Origin: Tubulanus polymorphus
Lineage: Eukaryota > Animalia > Nemertea
Direction: 5' to 3'
DNA length: 64,000 nt
NCBI RefSeq assembly: GCF_964204645.1
Contig: NC_134029.1
Location: 9,636,850 to 9,700,849, forward strand
Positions 37,501 through 47,487 of the stretch are shown one piece after another (positions within the stretch are counted from its first letter, which is position 1; every line of letters starts with the position of its first letter). The position numbers were made by a program, and so were the translations under genes. The notes under the pieces are model-generated. The model made no database searches. It saw only the letters and a list, made by a program, of their open reading frames with translations, and was not told where the DNA came from.

Positions 37501-40500
37501 CTATGATTGTGGTGAGTTTCAAGGTCATTATGTTTGGTATATCACACCAGGGGGCGTTCAATAATACAATATCTTAGTATTTCCTTATTATATTTGATCC
37601 AATACATATTTTGTTACCACAATCAATTGCAAAGTTGTAGCTCATGACATCGTCTATGATTGTGGTGCGTTTTAAGGAAATTAGCTATTCTATATGGTCA
37701 CCAGGGGGCGTTGAATAGTAGAATAACCTAGTATTTTCTTATTATATTGGTACCTAGGCATATTTTGCTACCATGATCAATTGCAAAGTTGTAGTTCATG
37801 ACATGTTCTATGATTGTGGTGAGTTACAAGGTTATTGGGTTTTGAATATGGTCACCAGGGGGCATTGAATAGTAGAATAACTTAGTATTTCCATATTAAA
37901 TTGGTAATGAGGCATATTTTATTATCACAATCAATTACAAAATCGTAGCTGCTGACATGTTCTATGATTGTGGTGAGTTTCAAGGTCATTGGTTTTTGGT
38001 TCGAAGAATGAGAACCTAAGCTATCATCAAGTTGCAGTAATGAAGTCACGTGACAGGATCGGAAGATTTTTTTTCAGATTGCGTGATACGCCTCAATGAA
38101 ATAGGTCCACAGACGTAAATTCGCTTGTCTTAAGAAAATTATAATTATCATGATAAAAATATCTAAATAAATATTAAATAATATCATTTTTTGAAAGCAT
38201 GCTTAATGAGCGCCGATTTAGCGGTTAAACAAATCATAACATCTACTCGTGCATAAATACACCATCAATGCTGCGCCTGTTGTAAGCGTTAGTACCCGTA
38301 CGTACAGCCTTACACACGACACCGACACCGGCCTCCCCTTCAAAAGTTATGAACAAAATATTAGAAACATTTTTGATCCGATTTACACCAAATAAACCTT
38401 TAAAGCAAGGTATTTAGCATCGGATATTGTGCCGAAAATTCCAGATTGATACACAACAGTTTTTCAAGTAAGCGCATTTTTAGTGTAAACCAATAATGTT
38501 GATTGACAGGCAGGCTCAGCTGCGTGCCTGATTTTATCGATGATGTCAGATGTAAACAATAACATTACCACGTGCGCAATGCAAATGGCAAACAAATTGA
38601 ATTTTTTAAAGCAAACTTCTCTAACGGAATATTAATTTCTTATTTATAATTTATACATCAGACTTTGCTTCTTCGAACCTCAGTCCTTTTGTTGTATATG
38701 GTCACCAGGGGGGCGTTGAATATTGAAATCGTTAGATTGTTGAGCATTTGAAACCACTTCCCAAGTGGGCATGGTGTCCCTGGACCCCTAGTTTGCATAT
38801 CGGTAGCCTACGTGACAGATTTTTACTTCACACCAGTTTGGCGAGCCACTGGACCATTGGTCCTTTATCTTGACTGGCTGCTGGTCTCTATTCTTAATTA
38901 ATATTTTCATGATTATTTAAGCTTTTGAAAAACATTACCAAATTATGAAAAATGCAATCCTGAATTCTCCAAAGAAAATCTATCGGAGAATCTATTGTTA
39001 TATGTCGAAGATCACAAGGGCGAATGCACATCATGACGTAATGGAGTCGGCGTTCCCATTTGCTCATATTTTTTTGGTTTGACATTGCAGGAGATTAATA
39101 CTTGGGATAAAGAGGCCGTTAGTAGTATTTCCAGTAATGATGATTTTGATGTTGATGTTGACAAGGTTTTAGTGGCGCCGGAAGAAAATGATGAGGTGTA
39201 TTTCATGAGGAGAATCCAGGTAAAAGCCATAAAAATGGACGTATAAGTCTACCCGGTATATAAGATGTGGTGGATTTTTAAGCCTAAAATTCATGATTTA
39301 AACATATATTTACCATATAAGTCAAGTACGTTCTCCAGAATGATCACCTTTATCGCTAATGACAGTCAAAGCTCATTATAACGCAAGCCATGGGACCGTA
39401 TGAATTTTGGCAGTTTAACAAACGGCGAGGTATAACGAAATGACGATCCTGAAAGGTGACAGTATACACAACATGACTATTATCATCAAACATCAACATG
39501 CATTTTCTTACAGCTAATGAATGCTTACCGTATGTGAATTTAGATTAAATAAATATTCTAAATGATTTTATACTAGTAGGCCTATTCAAGAATTTATTTT
39601 CTTAAATTGAACAGGAGGAATGCGCATATCGTTTCATAGCACTTGCTTTACTGCGACTGACTATCATGGAAACAGGTTCCTAGAAGGGACCTAATCATCG
39701 TATATAACCAACATGTTTACCCGGTAAACAATATCAAGTCACAAGCAATAACAAAAAATACCTTGCTGTGGATTCATCAGAATTCCTAATCTTTGGCAAA
39801 ATCAGAATCCAGTATTAGACATCAGTTTATCTAAAGTAAGGAAGTGTTAAGCTCTTCACGTTTTTCATTTTGATAACAGAAAAAAGATTATACAGTAGAT
39901 ATGTGACACTGCTGTCCACAAAATGTATCGATTATCAACACAGCAGATGGGAAAATTCATTGATGGATTTCGGTATTGAAAATATCATTTTTCCGTAAAA
40001 GTATAGGGGGGGGGGGGTGATGATGGTCTCACTCAACTGGTCCGGCGTGAATGGTAATCGGGCGAACCGTAAAAGCATTCAGCGCCTGTTTTACTAATCG
40101 TGGCGTATTGCATTGCAACACTGATTTTGTATCTACTACGATGTGTATGTATGTTATCGATCAGTTGCAGAAAGGCGTGCTGTTGCAGACACGCGCGCTG
40201 CAACAGTAGTAATGTATATAGGCCTACTACTGTTGAACGTCTTCAGATATTGTACACTGTTTGATGATTTTTAGTGAGCATTCATCGGCACAATTTAACT
40301 GCAATAATTCAGGGCTCCACCCGTAATGCATGAGAGATGCTGATTGTCATCGAATGAGGATGTGCCACATTCGAAATAGCCATTACCTTCCAAAATATAA
40401 TAGTCGTTCATGGGCTCAAGGTCACTCTAAATGCTCGGAAAAGGCTTTTAATTTCTAAGATTTTCTTGGGGGAGGGCACAAGGAAATTCTTGGCGATAGG

Positions 40501-43206
40501 TGAATTTGGTGGTATTACGGTTGGCGGTATAACAAGCTTTGACTGTATTTTATTGACTTAATAGTGTCACAACTTAGTTTGTTTTGATTGACAATGTAAA
40601 CTTTCACACAAAAGCACACGCCAATCAGATTGCTGCTTTGTGACCAATACGCAATAGCGATCAATAGCGAACAGTTACAGCAGTATTAAATACTGCATGT
40701 AGTGTATTCCGGTAATGTATATAATAGTCACCCTTTGCTAAGCTCTATACACTGCTATGCATGTATGAATGTATTGTTTCGTACAACGTTAGAATTAGAA
40801 AGTTTTTTGGATGAAATAATCTTTATTTAATCAGCTCAACTTTCCATTTCGTAAGCAGTGGTAAACCACATATTGCAATTAATGTGTAAGTACACCAGAA
40901 AAATGTGATACCGGCAACACCAGATTCAGGTCATTCGTACTGAAAGTCAGTCCATTTTCAATGAAATTTGAACTTGATTTGAACTTGGCTTTCAAGTCCA
41001 AAAATTATCAAACTAGACATTGAATAGATATAAGATTCTCTTTCTTGCTAATAATAATAATAATACTCACTGTATGGTATAAACTTCACTGAAAATTCAC
41101 TGTTGTTCAGAAAATATGACTCAATTTCAATTTGAATGTAGAAGAAAATTATCTCTCAGTAGCGTTGCTGGTATCCCATTGAATATTGCAATTGTCAGAC
41201 TATCAAGCATTCACTAAATAGGCATGGTGTCCCTCGACCCCCAGTTATTTCTCATTTCAGGAAGTTCAGCAACTGGATATGAAACTTTCACAGCATCAAA
41301 TATTCCAACTCCTCTGGCAATTTAGCAATAATTTTGATGACGTGATTTGTTACATAAAACATGGATATGGCAAGGATGGTGAGTAATGAGTCTTGGAAAA
41401 CATCGTATCGACAATAACGGCCTTGAATATCTGCCATTCTCGTATATCGTAGCAAAATATCCGGTCCCAATGTAATGCATTTCTTTTGAAATCCTATTAT
41501 GTATAACCTTCTTGTCGAGGACTGCTTCGGTGAAAACCAATGAAAATCAGCAAAATGTAGCGTGATCATAAGGCTCAAATCTGTTGGAAATGAAATTTAT
41601 AATGCATGTATCGTTAAAAAGTTCTTGAGCCGATTTCCCAATTTGACCTCTAGGGGGTGCTGTAGAGGTGGTACTTGTAAATGCTACTTGTCCTACAATC
41701 ATTATCCGATCTTGACCAAGCGTGGTGTGTAGATACTATGGGCAAAGGGCTAAAAAGTTATAGAGCCGTTTTCCAGATTTGAATACTAGGGTGGGCTATA
41801 CAGGTGGTCCTTGTAAACCTAACCATAAAAGAGCGGATCTGTATCAGCCGATAGGCTGCTTGTAATTACTAAAATTTTGGAGCTTTATTGGTCTATTGGT
41901 GGGGCAGTGTGTACTGCTGTGCATGGAAAAAATTAGTGATATCGCTTCATATGTGTATATTTATACGTAATGCGTGGTTTAGTCTGGGATTTAGTTTTGT
42001 ACTGTTTTAAAAATTGAAGAAACAACAACTTCATTAAAATTCAAATTGATTGTATTACTGTAGAAATCCCACGATAAGACCAGGCTTTCTTACTAGTTCA
42101 GATTTATAATTCTCTTGGACCATCTGGAATTCTAGGAACTCGTATTTCATTAGTCCCCTTACTCGCCATAAATTGTACTTGTTATATATGTATTCAAGTG
42201 GAAGAGTTATTTATATACAGACAGCTAGTACATGAGGGTATGCAAAAATACCCAGATTCTTTGCCATCATTCCGGTTTTTCATATGACTGATAATGTATC
42301 CTAGATAATGTGCCCTGACAGAAGTGTCTCGTATCGAGTAAGGTAAACATAAACAAGACAACATTCTTTTTCTGTGCACATGTATAGTTACGTAAATAAT
42401 AATAATGTGTCTTATATAGCGCTAAATCCAGCCAGGCTGCTCAGAGCGCTTAACGTTTTCGGTATTATTACCCCGGCCAATTCTCTAACATGTATCAGTC
42501 ATCTCTCCCTGGGGAGAAGTAACACCGAGCTGCTAACAAGCGCTCAGGAGTCATCTATCAGGCCAGGTACCCATTTACTCCTGGGTGGAGAGATACAAAC
42601 ATACATACATAATTGTCCTGACAGCGACGGAACCGACTGAAAATCCAGTGACAATAACGAACAGTTGCAATGAAATAATAGAACTAACTTTATTTGGGCG
42701 GTTGGGTTTTCACTTATTTATAAAAAAAGTCATGTGACCTAGAGACGACCGTGACGACTACAAATGCGTCATGCACAATAATTCTTATCAGTACTCACGA
42801 ACTGTCGTGCCAATAATACAGATCTGGTAGGTTATGTAGTATAAAACCAAATAGCAAGAGAAGACAATCATTGGATGGTGTGAAAATAACCTGCCCAAAA
42901 AACTAAATTACATCATCAAATGAAATGGCCCACTGGGGCTACCTTGCTACGGAATAGCTGTTTTCTCAGAATATTTGATTGATTTAACGAAACTGTTTGG
43001 ATATACATTAATATCGCAATGAATTCAATTTCTCATTCACAGGTTCACTGCCTTGGAATTCGAAAGATGATGAAGTGTTATTGACACAATCACGAGAAAA
43101 GTTGCAAAATCTTGTTGACAAATATTGTTTGAATAACGTGATCAACAGGGCTGCATTTTTGGACAAGATGGACGAATTGAAAGCTGCTGATAGTAGTGCT
43201 CAATGA
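10448..43206 (+). CDS. TERF2IP: RAP1/TERF2IP orthologue (shelterin), whole gene model: 14 coding exons, 1830 nt, 609 aa; BRCT-Myb-long linker-RCT
   Basis: Exons 10448-10546, 15009-15061, 15348-15452, 19087-19203, 21442-21556, 29032-29149, 30929-31056, 31576-31722, 34097-34243, 35246-35407, 36245-36472, 39091-39219, 41261-41378, 43043-43206. All have AG/GT ends with matching phases and no internal stops. BRCT, Myb and RCT motifs match recalled human RAP1. Confidence 0.9.
10640..10873. mobile_element. Foldback/MITE-like element: ~54-bp perfect TIRs around three palindromic CCTGGTACTATATATATAATATATAGTACCAGG units
   Basis: CACAGGGGCTCGTATCATAAGTTTGGGGGTGAACTGTAGCTTAGATCATCCAGT and its exact reverse complement; no clean TSD. 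Confidence 0.75.
12815..13602 (+). mobile_element. PIF/Harbinger non-autonomous element with a MADF (Myb/SANT) remnant
   Basis: TIR AGGCTGGCTTATGTCGACAAGCAACGCGACGCCTACC at both ends, TTA TSD; 13216-13338 reads *TEDLEAKLVELWCERPSLYDVASTLH*..KDKDLKEIA. Confidence 0.85.
14125..14234. mobile_element. Short palindromic MITE
   Basis: GGGACTGGTTTTATAGACTAGTATTTACTTTAAC...GTTAAAGTTAATACCAGTCTATAAAACCGGCCCC. Confidence 0.6.
14633..14770. mobile_element. Short palindromic MITE
   Basis: GCCAGTTGCATAGTCATGGCTT...AAGTCATGACTGTGCAACTGGT. Confidence 0.6.
14828..14990. mobile_element. Short MITE ending just upstream of the RAP1 exon 2 acceptor
   Basis: GGGATCATTCATTTATTACGTATGCAT...ATGCGTACATAATAAATGAATGATCCC. 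Confidence 0.65.
15009..15061 (+). CDS. TERF2IP: RAP1 exon 2 (BRCT)
   Basis: ttttttag|KNGGQLISNPGVDEGCI(R)|gtgagt; BRCT GG motif; phase 0 to 2. Confidence 0.88.
15348..15452 (+). CDS. TERF2IP: RAP1 exon 3 (BRCT end)
   Basis: ttttcag|LIEEGTLVIQKGNILSRFIDDCLKADRLLDKERY(L)|gtaaga; human ISTQYILDCVERNERLELEAY. Confidence 0.9.
15610..18146 (+). mobile_element. HINE family A (Helentron-type non-autonomous element), outer copy interrupted by a second copy
   Basis: Inserted in a T-run; 5' subTIR GCCCACTTGGGA with hairpin partner TCCCAGCGGGC, (CGTC)n microsatellite, 154-bp tandem units, 3' subTIR TCCCAAGTGGGC, 3' end GGTGTCCCTGGACCCCTAG. Confidence 0.85.
16460..17738 (+). mobile_element. HINE family A, complete nested copy
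   Basis: Host sequence CATTAGTTTTTCTATATGG is split by this copy; both ends intact; four CCAGGGGGCG units at ~17187, 17346, 17500, 17654. Confidence 0.88.
19087..19203 (+). CDS. TERF2IP: RAP1 exon 4 (BRCT-Myb linker)
   Basis: ttctag|IKDFGVARLHSVEDDDHGVSNSILTSTKEKVTLMAKCS(G)|gtaagg; phase 2 to 2. Confidence 0.8.
19322..19965 (+). mobile_element. Old, diverged family-A-related HINE fragment carrying a TIR insertion
   Basis: TTTTTAGCCAACTTG..., GGAAGTTTTGAAGACAC, CATGTATCTTCCCTAGA resemble the family A 5' part. Confidence 0.6.
19550..19899. mobile_element. hAT-like MITE with a 6-bp TSD
   Basis: TIR CAGGGATGAAAA/TTTTCATCCCTG; GAAAGG duplicated on both sides. Confidence 0.7.
20240..20830 (+). 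mobile_element. HINE family B, 5' portion (3' boundary uncertain)
   Basis: TTTTTGATGGGTTTCGTC...(GTCT)n GTGGATGTTTCTTTATGACACG; reverse-complement match to ~51420-51785. Confidence 0.7.
21442..21556 (+). CDS. TERF2IP: RAP1 exon 5 (Myb domain)
   Basis: ttttcag|RKKYTYQEDMDIIRYLIKNKRYRDTKGNSVWKEMEEEQ|gtacaa; human RIAFTDADDVAILTYV...GNALWKAME. Confidence 0.92.
22424..22650 (+). pseudogene. CR1/L2-type LINE reverse-transcriptase fragment
   Basis: VDFDKAFDKAQHQALLTRL...LKWLSSYL...TSGVTQGSILSCLLFNV (D-x-x-KAFD and SGVPQGS motifs), disrupted. Confidence 0.8.
22690..23236. repeat. Degenerate tandem array of TTCGAACGAAAA-like units (probable transposon subterminal arm)
   Basis: Recurrent GTTCGAAC/GTTCCAAC followed by A-tracts. 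Confidence 0.5.
23691..24106. mobile_element. TIR element with TACGG..CCGTA termini (IS3EU-type ends); a third arm copy at ~23438-23594
   Basis: TACGGAAGCGATAAGGGGCCTCGAG... / ...CTCGAGGCCCTTTATCGCTTCCGTA, ~120-bp imperfect TIR; TSD not clean. Confidence 0.7.
24117..25850. repeat. 31-bp minisatellite AATTGTCGCGGGCGATAAAACCAAAATAATG, roughly 55 units; followed by a ...CAGCCACCATA terminus-like end at 25936
   Basis: Period 31 (e.g. 24134 and 24165); no unique spacers; accounts for all the repetitive ORFs at 24132-25801. Confidence 0.95.
25946..26295. repeat. ~72-bp direct repeat (25946-26017 and 26226-26295)
   Basis: AAACTCGATAAACACTTCAAGCGACACAGCGAACGATC..TTTCCCCCACAGCGAACG occurs twice. Confidence 0.8.
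27165..27410 (-). mobile_element. Two stacked HINE-like 5' ends (TTAGGGTTT...AAACCCT hairpins, (TTA)n) next to an L2/CR1 RT remnant
   Basis: Hairpins AGGGTTTCTGC..GCAGAAACCCT and AGGGTTTTCTG..CAGAAAACCCT; the minus strand reads FHLHADDTQSYIKI (YADD-like). Confidence 0.55.
29032..29149 (+). CDS. TERF2IP: RAP1 exon 6 (Myb domain end)
   Basis: ttgaag|VGDHSWQSMKKHFSVYIMNNLSSYAICSNWRNLLLLRSP|gtgagt; human HSWQSLKDRY. Confidence 0.9.
29757..30286 (+). mobile_element. HINE family A, internally deleted copy with both ends
   Basis: 5' and 3' ends intact; deletion junction GAACTTTCGAGGTC. Confidence 0.85.
30929..31056 (+). CDS. TERF2IP: RAP1 exon 7 (acidic linker)
   Basis: tttttcag|(S)NDEDETSEENTVDGDDDAMRNESYDSQFDNLVDRIITPSKIK|gtactg; phase 1 to 0. 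Confidence 0.78.
31576..31722 (+). CDS. TERF2IP: RAP1 exon 8 (linker, symmetric phase 0)
   Basis: ataag|NNRSTQEAGVTRRTLKAG...VSLEQLVEELESDENIL|gtaggt; 147 nt open; acceptor is weak. Confidence 0.65.
32879..33120 (+). repeat. Dispersed repeat, second copy at ~48031-48250 (part of a CAGTCAA..CGGTTAATCCGT TIR family)
   Basis: Near-identical CTGGAGTTTCTCATATTTCCTACTGACC...GAATTAGACACAGAATTTT; TIR-like ends at ~32413 and ~48350. Confidence 0.7.
33778..33845 (+). mobile_element. Degenerate tRNA-derived SINE head
   Basis: TGGTCTACTGGTTAGCACGCTTGCCTT...GACCCAGGATGATCCCTGGT (A box plus decayed B box). Confidence 0.45.
34097..34243 (+). CDS. TERF2IP: RAP1 exon 9 (linker, symmetric phase 0)
   Basis: ttcataag|LSKNRNTVGDHPSTSTPKRSTRISRLNRRKPSARKSPLEVVEDRRQDIS|gtaagt; 147 nt. 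Confidence 0.72.
35246..35407 (+). CDS. TERF2IP: RAP1 exon 10 (linker, symmetric phase 0)
   Basis: tttataag|VDRKNGSPESHRPTSSSS...KKVRKSEKQAVQVIEIESEDNIS|gtaagt; 162 nt. Confidence 0.72.
35870..36140. mobile_element. hAT-like MITE of the CAGGGGCGGATCCAG family (related ends at 11581 and ~53324)
   Basis: CAAGGGTGGATCCAGGG...CCCTGGATCCGCCCCT with internal AGGGCAC repeats. Confidence 0.6.
36245..36472 (+). CDS. TERF2IP: RAP1 exon 11 (linker, symmetric phase 0)
   Basis: tttgcag|YSASIYTDTTYVPSPGDQ...VENRVSSTKV|gtaagc; 228 nt. Confidence 0.72.
36836..38791 (+). mobile_element. HINE family A copy with a nested family C element
   Basis: Family A ends intact; split at GGTTTTT|TTGTATATGGTCACC. Confidence 0.85.
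37996..38691 (+). mobile_element. HINE family C (Helentron-type) nested in family A
   Basis: Starts after a T-run with subTIR GGTTCGAAGAA plus hairpin (GGTTC..GAACC); 3' subterminal TTCTTCGAACC then TCAGTCCTTTTG|TT. Confidence 0.65.
39091..39219 (+). CDS. TERF2IP: RAP1 exon 12
   Basis: ttgcag|EINTWDKEAVSSISSNDDFDVDVDKVLVAPEENDEVYFMRRIQ|gtaaaa; 129 nt. Confidence 0.75.
39363..40545. mobile_element. Tc1/pogo-like MITE
   Basis: TIR CAGTCAAAGCTCATTATA / TATAACAAGCTTTGACTG, TA on the right flank. Confidence 0.6.
41261..41378 (+). CDS. TERF2IP: RAP1 exon 13 (RCT domain)
   Basis: tttcag|EVQQLDMKLSQHQIFQLLWQFSNNFDDVICYIKHGYGKD(G)|gtgagt; helical RCT-like; phase 0 to 1. Confidence 0.85.
42395..42600 (-). 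mobile_element. SINE fragment (Deu/Nin-domain-like body, L2-like tail)
   Basis: Minus strand CTCTCCACCCAGGAGTAAATGGGTACCTGG...TCTCCCCAGGGAG...AAGCGCTCTGAG...AGCGCTATATAAG..(ATT)n; family assignment from memory. Confidence 0.65.
43043..43206 (+). CDS. TERF2IP: RAP1 exon 14 (RCT end, stop)
   Basis: ttcacag|(G)SLPWNSKDDEVLLTQSREKLQNLVDKYCLNNVINRAAFLDKMDELKAADSSAQ*; human GYPIWSRQDDIDL...LVKKFGAQNVARRIEF. Confidence 0.92.
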
Positions 43207-43874
43207 TCATTTTTCAAAAAGAATTTCTTTTGCATTTATAAGTTGTTTTAGACCCACTGTTTCAGGGGCAGATTCAGTTATTCTTCATGAGAAATTTTGA
43301 GTACTCCAGGGCACAGATCCAGGGGAGTGCTTGAGCAGTAGCATCGCCTGTGTACATCCATACATTCAGGCCGGCAGGCGTGCAGATGTTGTTCCCGCTC
43401 TATAGTCTTCAATTTTTGATTGATTTTCTTGTGACTTGGTACGTTTGTGGGGGGAGGATGAACCCTATTGTTTTTGACGTACAGTTAACCCTGATATACC
43501 GCCCTCCCATTTTCCGCCACCCGGCAGTATATGGGGCTTGACCGTATATAGGTTATCCAAGATGGCCGCCAGTCATTTTGGTATGAACTAGCCATTTTGG
43601 AACTTATTCCCTCTCAACAGTCTACAGTGCTGTATTGATTTTCTTGTCACTTGGTTCATGGATTGAAGGCATAAGGAGGATGAACTCTACTGTTTTTGAT
43701 GTATTTAAGTCATCCAAGATAGCCACCAGTTATTTGGGTGTCTTAAATAGCCAATTTACTTGCCAATAGTCAATAGCTTGTTACTGCTTTAAGGTGTAGA
43801 ATTCGGACAGATTTTTTTCACTTTCAAACAGTGGTTTATAATGGGAGGATGAGCCCTTTTATGTTTTACATATA

Positions 43875-45745
43875 CAGTGTGTCCCAGAAAATGGTTTCTC
43901 TGAAATGAATAAATATTTATAATTTAATCTGTATCAATAAATAAATTTTTGTGATTACTTATCCATCACAAAAATTTATCTATTCATATAGACTAACCGG
44001 TATGAATATTTATTCATTTTGGAGGAACCATTTTGGAAAAAGTGTGAATTACTTGGATCATCATTAGATACAGAAACAGATATTAATAGAAGGAAATTAT
44101 TAATTTAAGCGTAGAACGTAAACTCGGTACTTTCAATGCATATCTAAGCAGTAGTGTGTCGCTATTTCGCCGTTTACTTGGATATCGATATCCAAAAGTT
44201 GAATGTTGAACTCTACAGTCAAACACAAGCACTGCATGCCGTGGAGTGTCCTGTTCGGCTGGGGTTTCTTTGCCAAATGGGGATCCTTTCGTGAGATATG
44301 TGGTTTCCTTAGATCCTCATGGTATTGTAACAAAAACTTCGCTCTTAACATGTATATTTCAATATCTTTTATTCTCGACTATATTTATATGTAAAATGTC
44401 AAGGCCTTCTAAAACACGTCTTGCCCATGCAAGAACTCCAGCTCGATCCCCTTCGTCCCTCTGATCTTTCCCCAATATCTGGAGGGTCATGTGATGCAAC
44501 CACTATCTGGTTTCCATCACCGCCCACACAGATCCTGCATATTTGAACCCTCACATCCTGGTCATCACATTCCTGTGACCACCAGTAATCCCTCCTTATA
44601 ATTGCTTTACTTAATAACTATATAACAGGAGCAAAGTGATAGCTAAACGACGTTTGACCTGGTTTGGACATTTGATGCGCCTTCATCCTCCGACGCCTGT
44701 GCGCCCGGCTTTAGCTGAAGCGTTGTGATACACGAAGAAATATCAAGGCCGACCACAGTCCACCTGGTTGTCGATACTTCGTGAAGATCTAGCCCTTGTA
44801 GACATTCAATTTGTTTTTGGTTTACCTTTGGAAGCGATATTGAAGTTGGCATTTTATGTAAAATCACGGTACGTTTTTTTATGTGAGCATTTGTTTCATT
44901 TGTTCTCAGCCTAAACGACGTATGCGATTGAAGATGTGGCAAACCTCCCCCTGATGACATGGTCAACTTAGTTAAAATTCGCCGAAAAACTGTTTTTGGT
45001 GGGGAAATTCTTAGCTCTTGCGTATAAAATTGCGTCGTCTCTATGAGCGAATGTGATTGTCTGTTTTGGGGATATATGGGGAATTCCGGAGCTACTAAAA
45101 TAATTATGGGAAAGCCATAATGGCGAACGTTTCATTGGACCAGGTGCTGTACGCTCACGAATTCCAAATGCTCATTGCTGGTGAGAATATAATTATTTCA
45201 CTCATCCACCATAGGTATTGTTTCTTTTTAATACCCGGTGATCGTTTTGAGTGACATTGAAGTGTAAGCGAACATTCGAGGTCTGAATATTTTAGTGGTA
45301 AAATCCAGGATTTAAAAGGATACACTTACATACGCCGATTGGTGACACCATATGAATTTTATTGAATATCTATTCATTTTTTTGTACCCTATGAAATTAT
45401 GGACGTGGACCATAAACAAATCTATATTTTAGGCCTTATTTGACTACAAAATAATTCTTTGAGAAAGATAAAATACAATATAAACTTAAAGAACTTGAAG
45501 TCACGAATTAAATAGATTTTTCATGAACAATGCCTTTGCTCCAAACAACCTCTAGCTTTCTCAAGGTAAACCACACTTTGCCTATGGGCAATTTATTAAG
45601 TTGACTCAAAGCGAAAGGCTTACTTTCCTGGAGGAACTTACTGTTGACCGCGATAGTTGGAGGTCCCTTGTACATCACCCCATGACGCAGCGGTGTTGGT
45701 TTTGTCATAGAAGAAAAAGGAGAAACCATTCTCTGGGACACACTG
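43875..45745. mobile_element. Tc1/mariner-like element inserted into an older HINE-like repeat (~43370-46020)
   Basis: TIR CAGTGTGTCCCAGAAAATGGTTTCTC / GAGAAACCATTCTCTGGGACACACTG, TA TSD; no intact transposase. Confidence 0.8.
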
Positions 45746-47487
45746 TATAGGTCATTGAAAGCAACTAAATTTCTGTGTGAAATAGGCATTATGGATCTCG
45801 TTATTGCTCTACAATCTATAGCTTTTACTGTTTTTTTTTGTATGACTTTGTGTATTCAAGGCAGGAGGAGGATAATCCCTAGTGATTTGATGCATATATG
45901 TTATCCAAGATGGCTGCCGCAGTCATTGAACCCCAGACGAAACTTAGTGATAAGATTATGTGCCCTATTACAACTTTGCATTCTATACATGACTCTCCAC
46001 TCTGGCTGAGGGGTATTCTTTACATACATGTATGTCTAGTTCAACGCTCCTACTTTAAGTACAAGGTGCCTTGAATGTATAGGATGTTCATGCAGTACCT
46101 AAAAATGCTCAGAATGCATGAAAATGAGTCTTAATTTTAAACATTTTTGGGGATGACCAACAAAGCATCCCCCTTAAGATAAGTAAAAAATCTTGTTATA
46201 AGGCAATAACTGTGAAGCGAAAGCGAAATTATTTTGTAAAATTCTGGAAAGGGGTCATAAGGGCACTGCCCTTTTAAATGCAATACTGGTAATTCGCCTT
46301 AAAATTTTGAAAGACCCTGAGATCTTACCCATTGTTTGTTAATTTCTTACATTTCTAAGAATGTGTGGTAAACATCTTTTTTTCTGAAGAAAGTAGAAAT
46401 ACTGAGTGATTAATTGTCGTTTGTAATGAGTTCATATATTTTGTAAATAAAGTCAAGTATTCATTAATTCTATAATTCTTTTCAGTTATACTTAGGAACA
46501 ATACATTGGATTTTAAGAAAAATCAACTACACTTGCAAATCTGGGAGGCAATCAACTGTAAAAATCTAAAGCCTACCAATAACTACGCCACAACATTATT
46601 AAATATGCCGGTGCAGAATTCATCTTGCACGCTGGGAAATTTGTCCCTTACATTATCTATGCTGATATCTATCGAGCATGTTTGATATTTTTGTTGCAAT
46701 GCGATGATTATTCGAAATGTTGCATAGCTCAGTGTACTTGTTGCCAGATTTATGCAGCAATCAATCTGTTCCCTGTACCTACCCCCTCTGTACCAGACAA
46801 TCGACAGACTATCACCATCCTTGATCAACCACCATCCTTGATCAACTGATTATCAATGTCAAGACTTCGCCAGAAGCACCAAGCTTTGCCGCATGGTTCC
46901 CACAGAACAGGAAATTGGGAAAAACGTGGGAATTTTGAAATGATAACTACCAGCTTGGAAATATTTGGGAATTTGAGAAATTTTCCTCAAATCAGGGAAA
47001 ATCATTGGGAAATTCTTTACATTCCACGTATTGTATTTGCCAAGGGCAATTTTCTTCAGCGGTTTCCCTTGAAAATCACCTTTATCAACCAGTCGCCACT
47101 TAAATGTTGACTAGTATGATGATACATGTTCATTCCCGTATAGGAAAATTGAAAAATCACCCATGATATACTTGGGAATTTTTAATCCATGTAACTGTGG
47201 AACCATGTCGCCGGGATGCCAAGGCTGGTCACAAACAAAAGCCTAATCACCAACGCTCGGATTAAGCTTGAAATACAAGTCAGTATTCAATATTGGATTT
47301 TGAACAATGAACAACATGTATTTGAAAGAAATATGGTTAAGGAATAAGAAATTTTCAACTAAAATCAATGTAAAATTTACTGTACTGTAGTTATCACGTG
47401 TTAAACAGTTCCATGATCCAATTCAATTCAAAAATTTTATGAAAAGATATCACAAACAGATCAACCTTTCAATTCATTTGCATTACT

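Noticed and set aside
44133-44580. Possible transposase remnant within the Tc1-like element
   Set aside because: Only vague similarity; no DDE/D motif can be identified.
46583-46849. Cys-rich / 81-aa overlapping ORFs between RAP1 and CCDC134
   Set aside because: No recognisable homology and no convincing splice-site pair; left unannotated.
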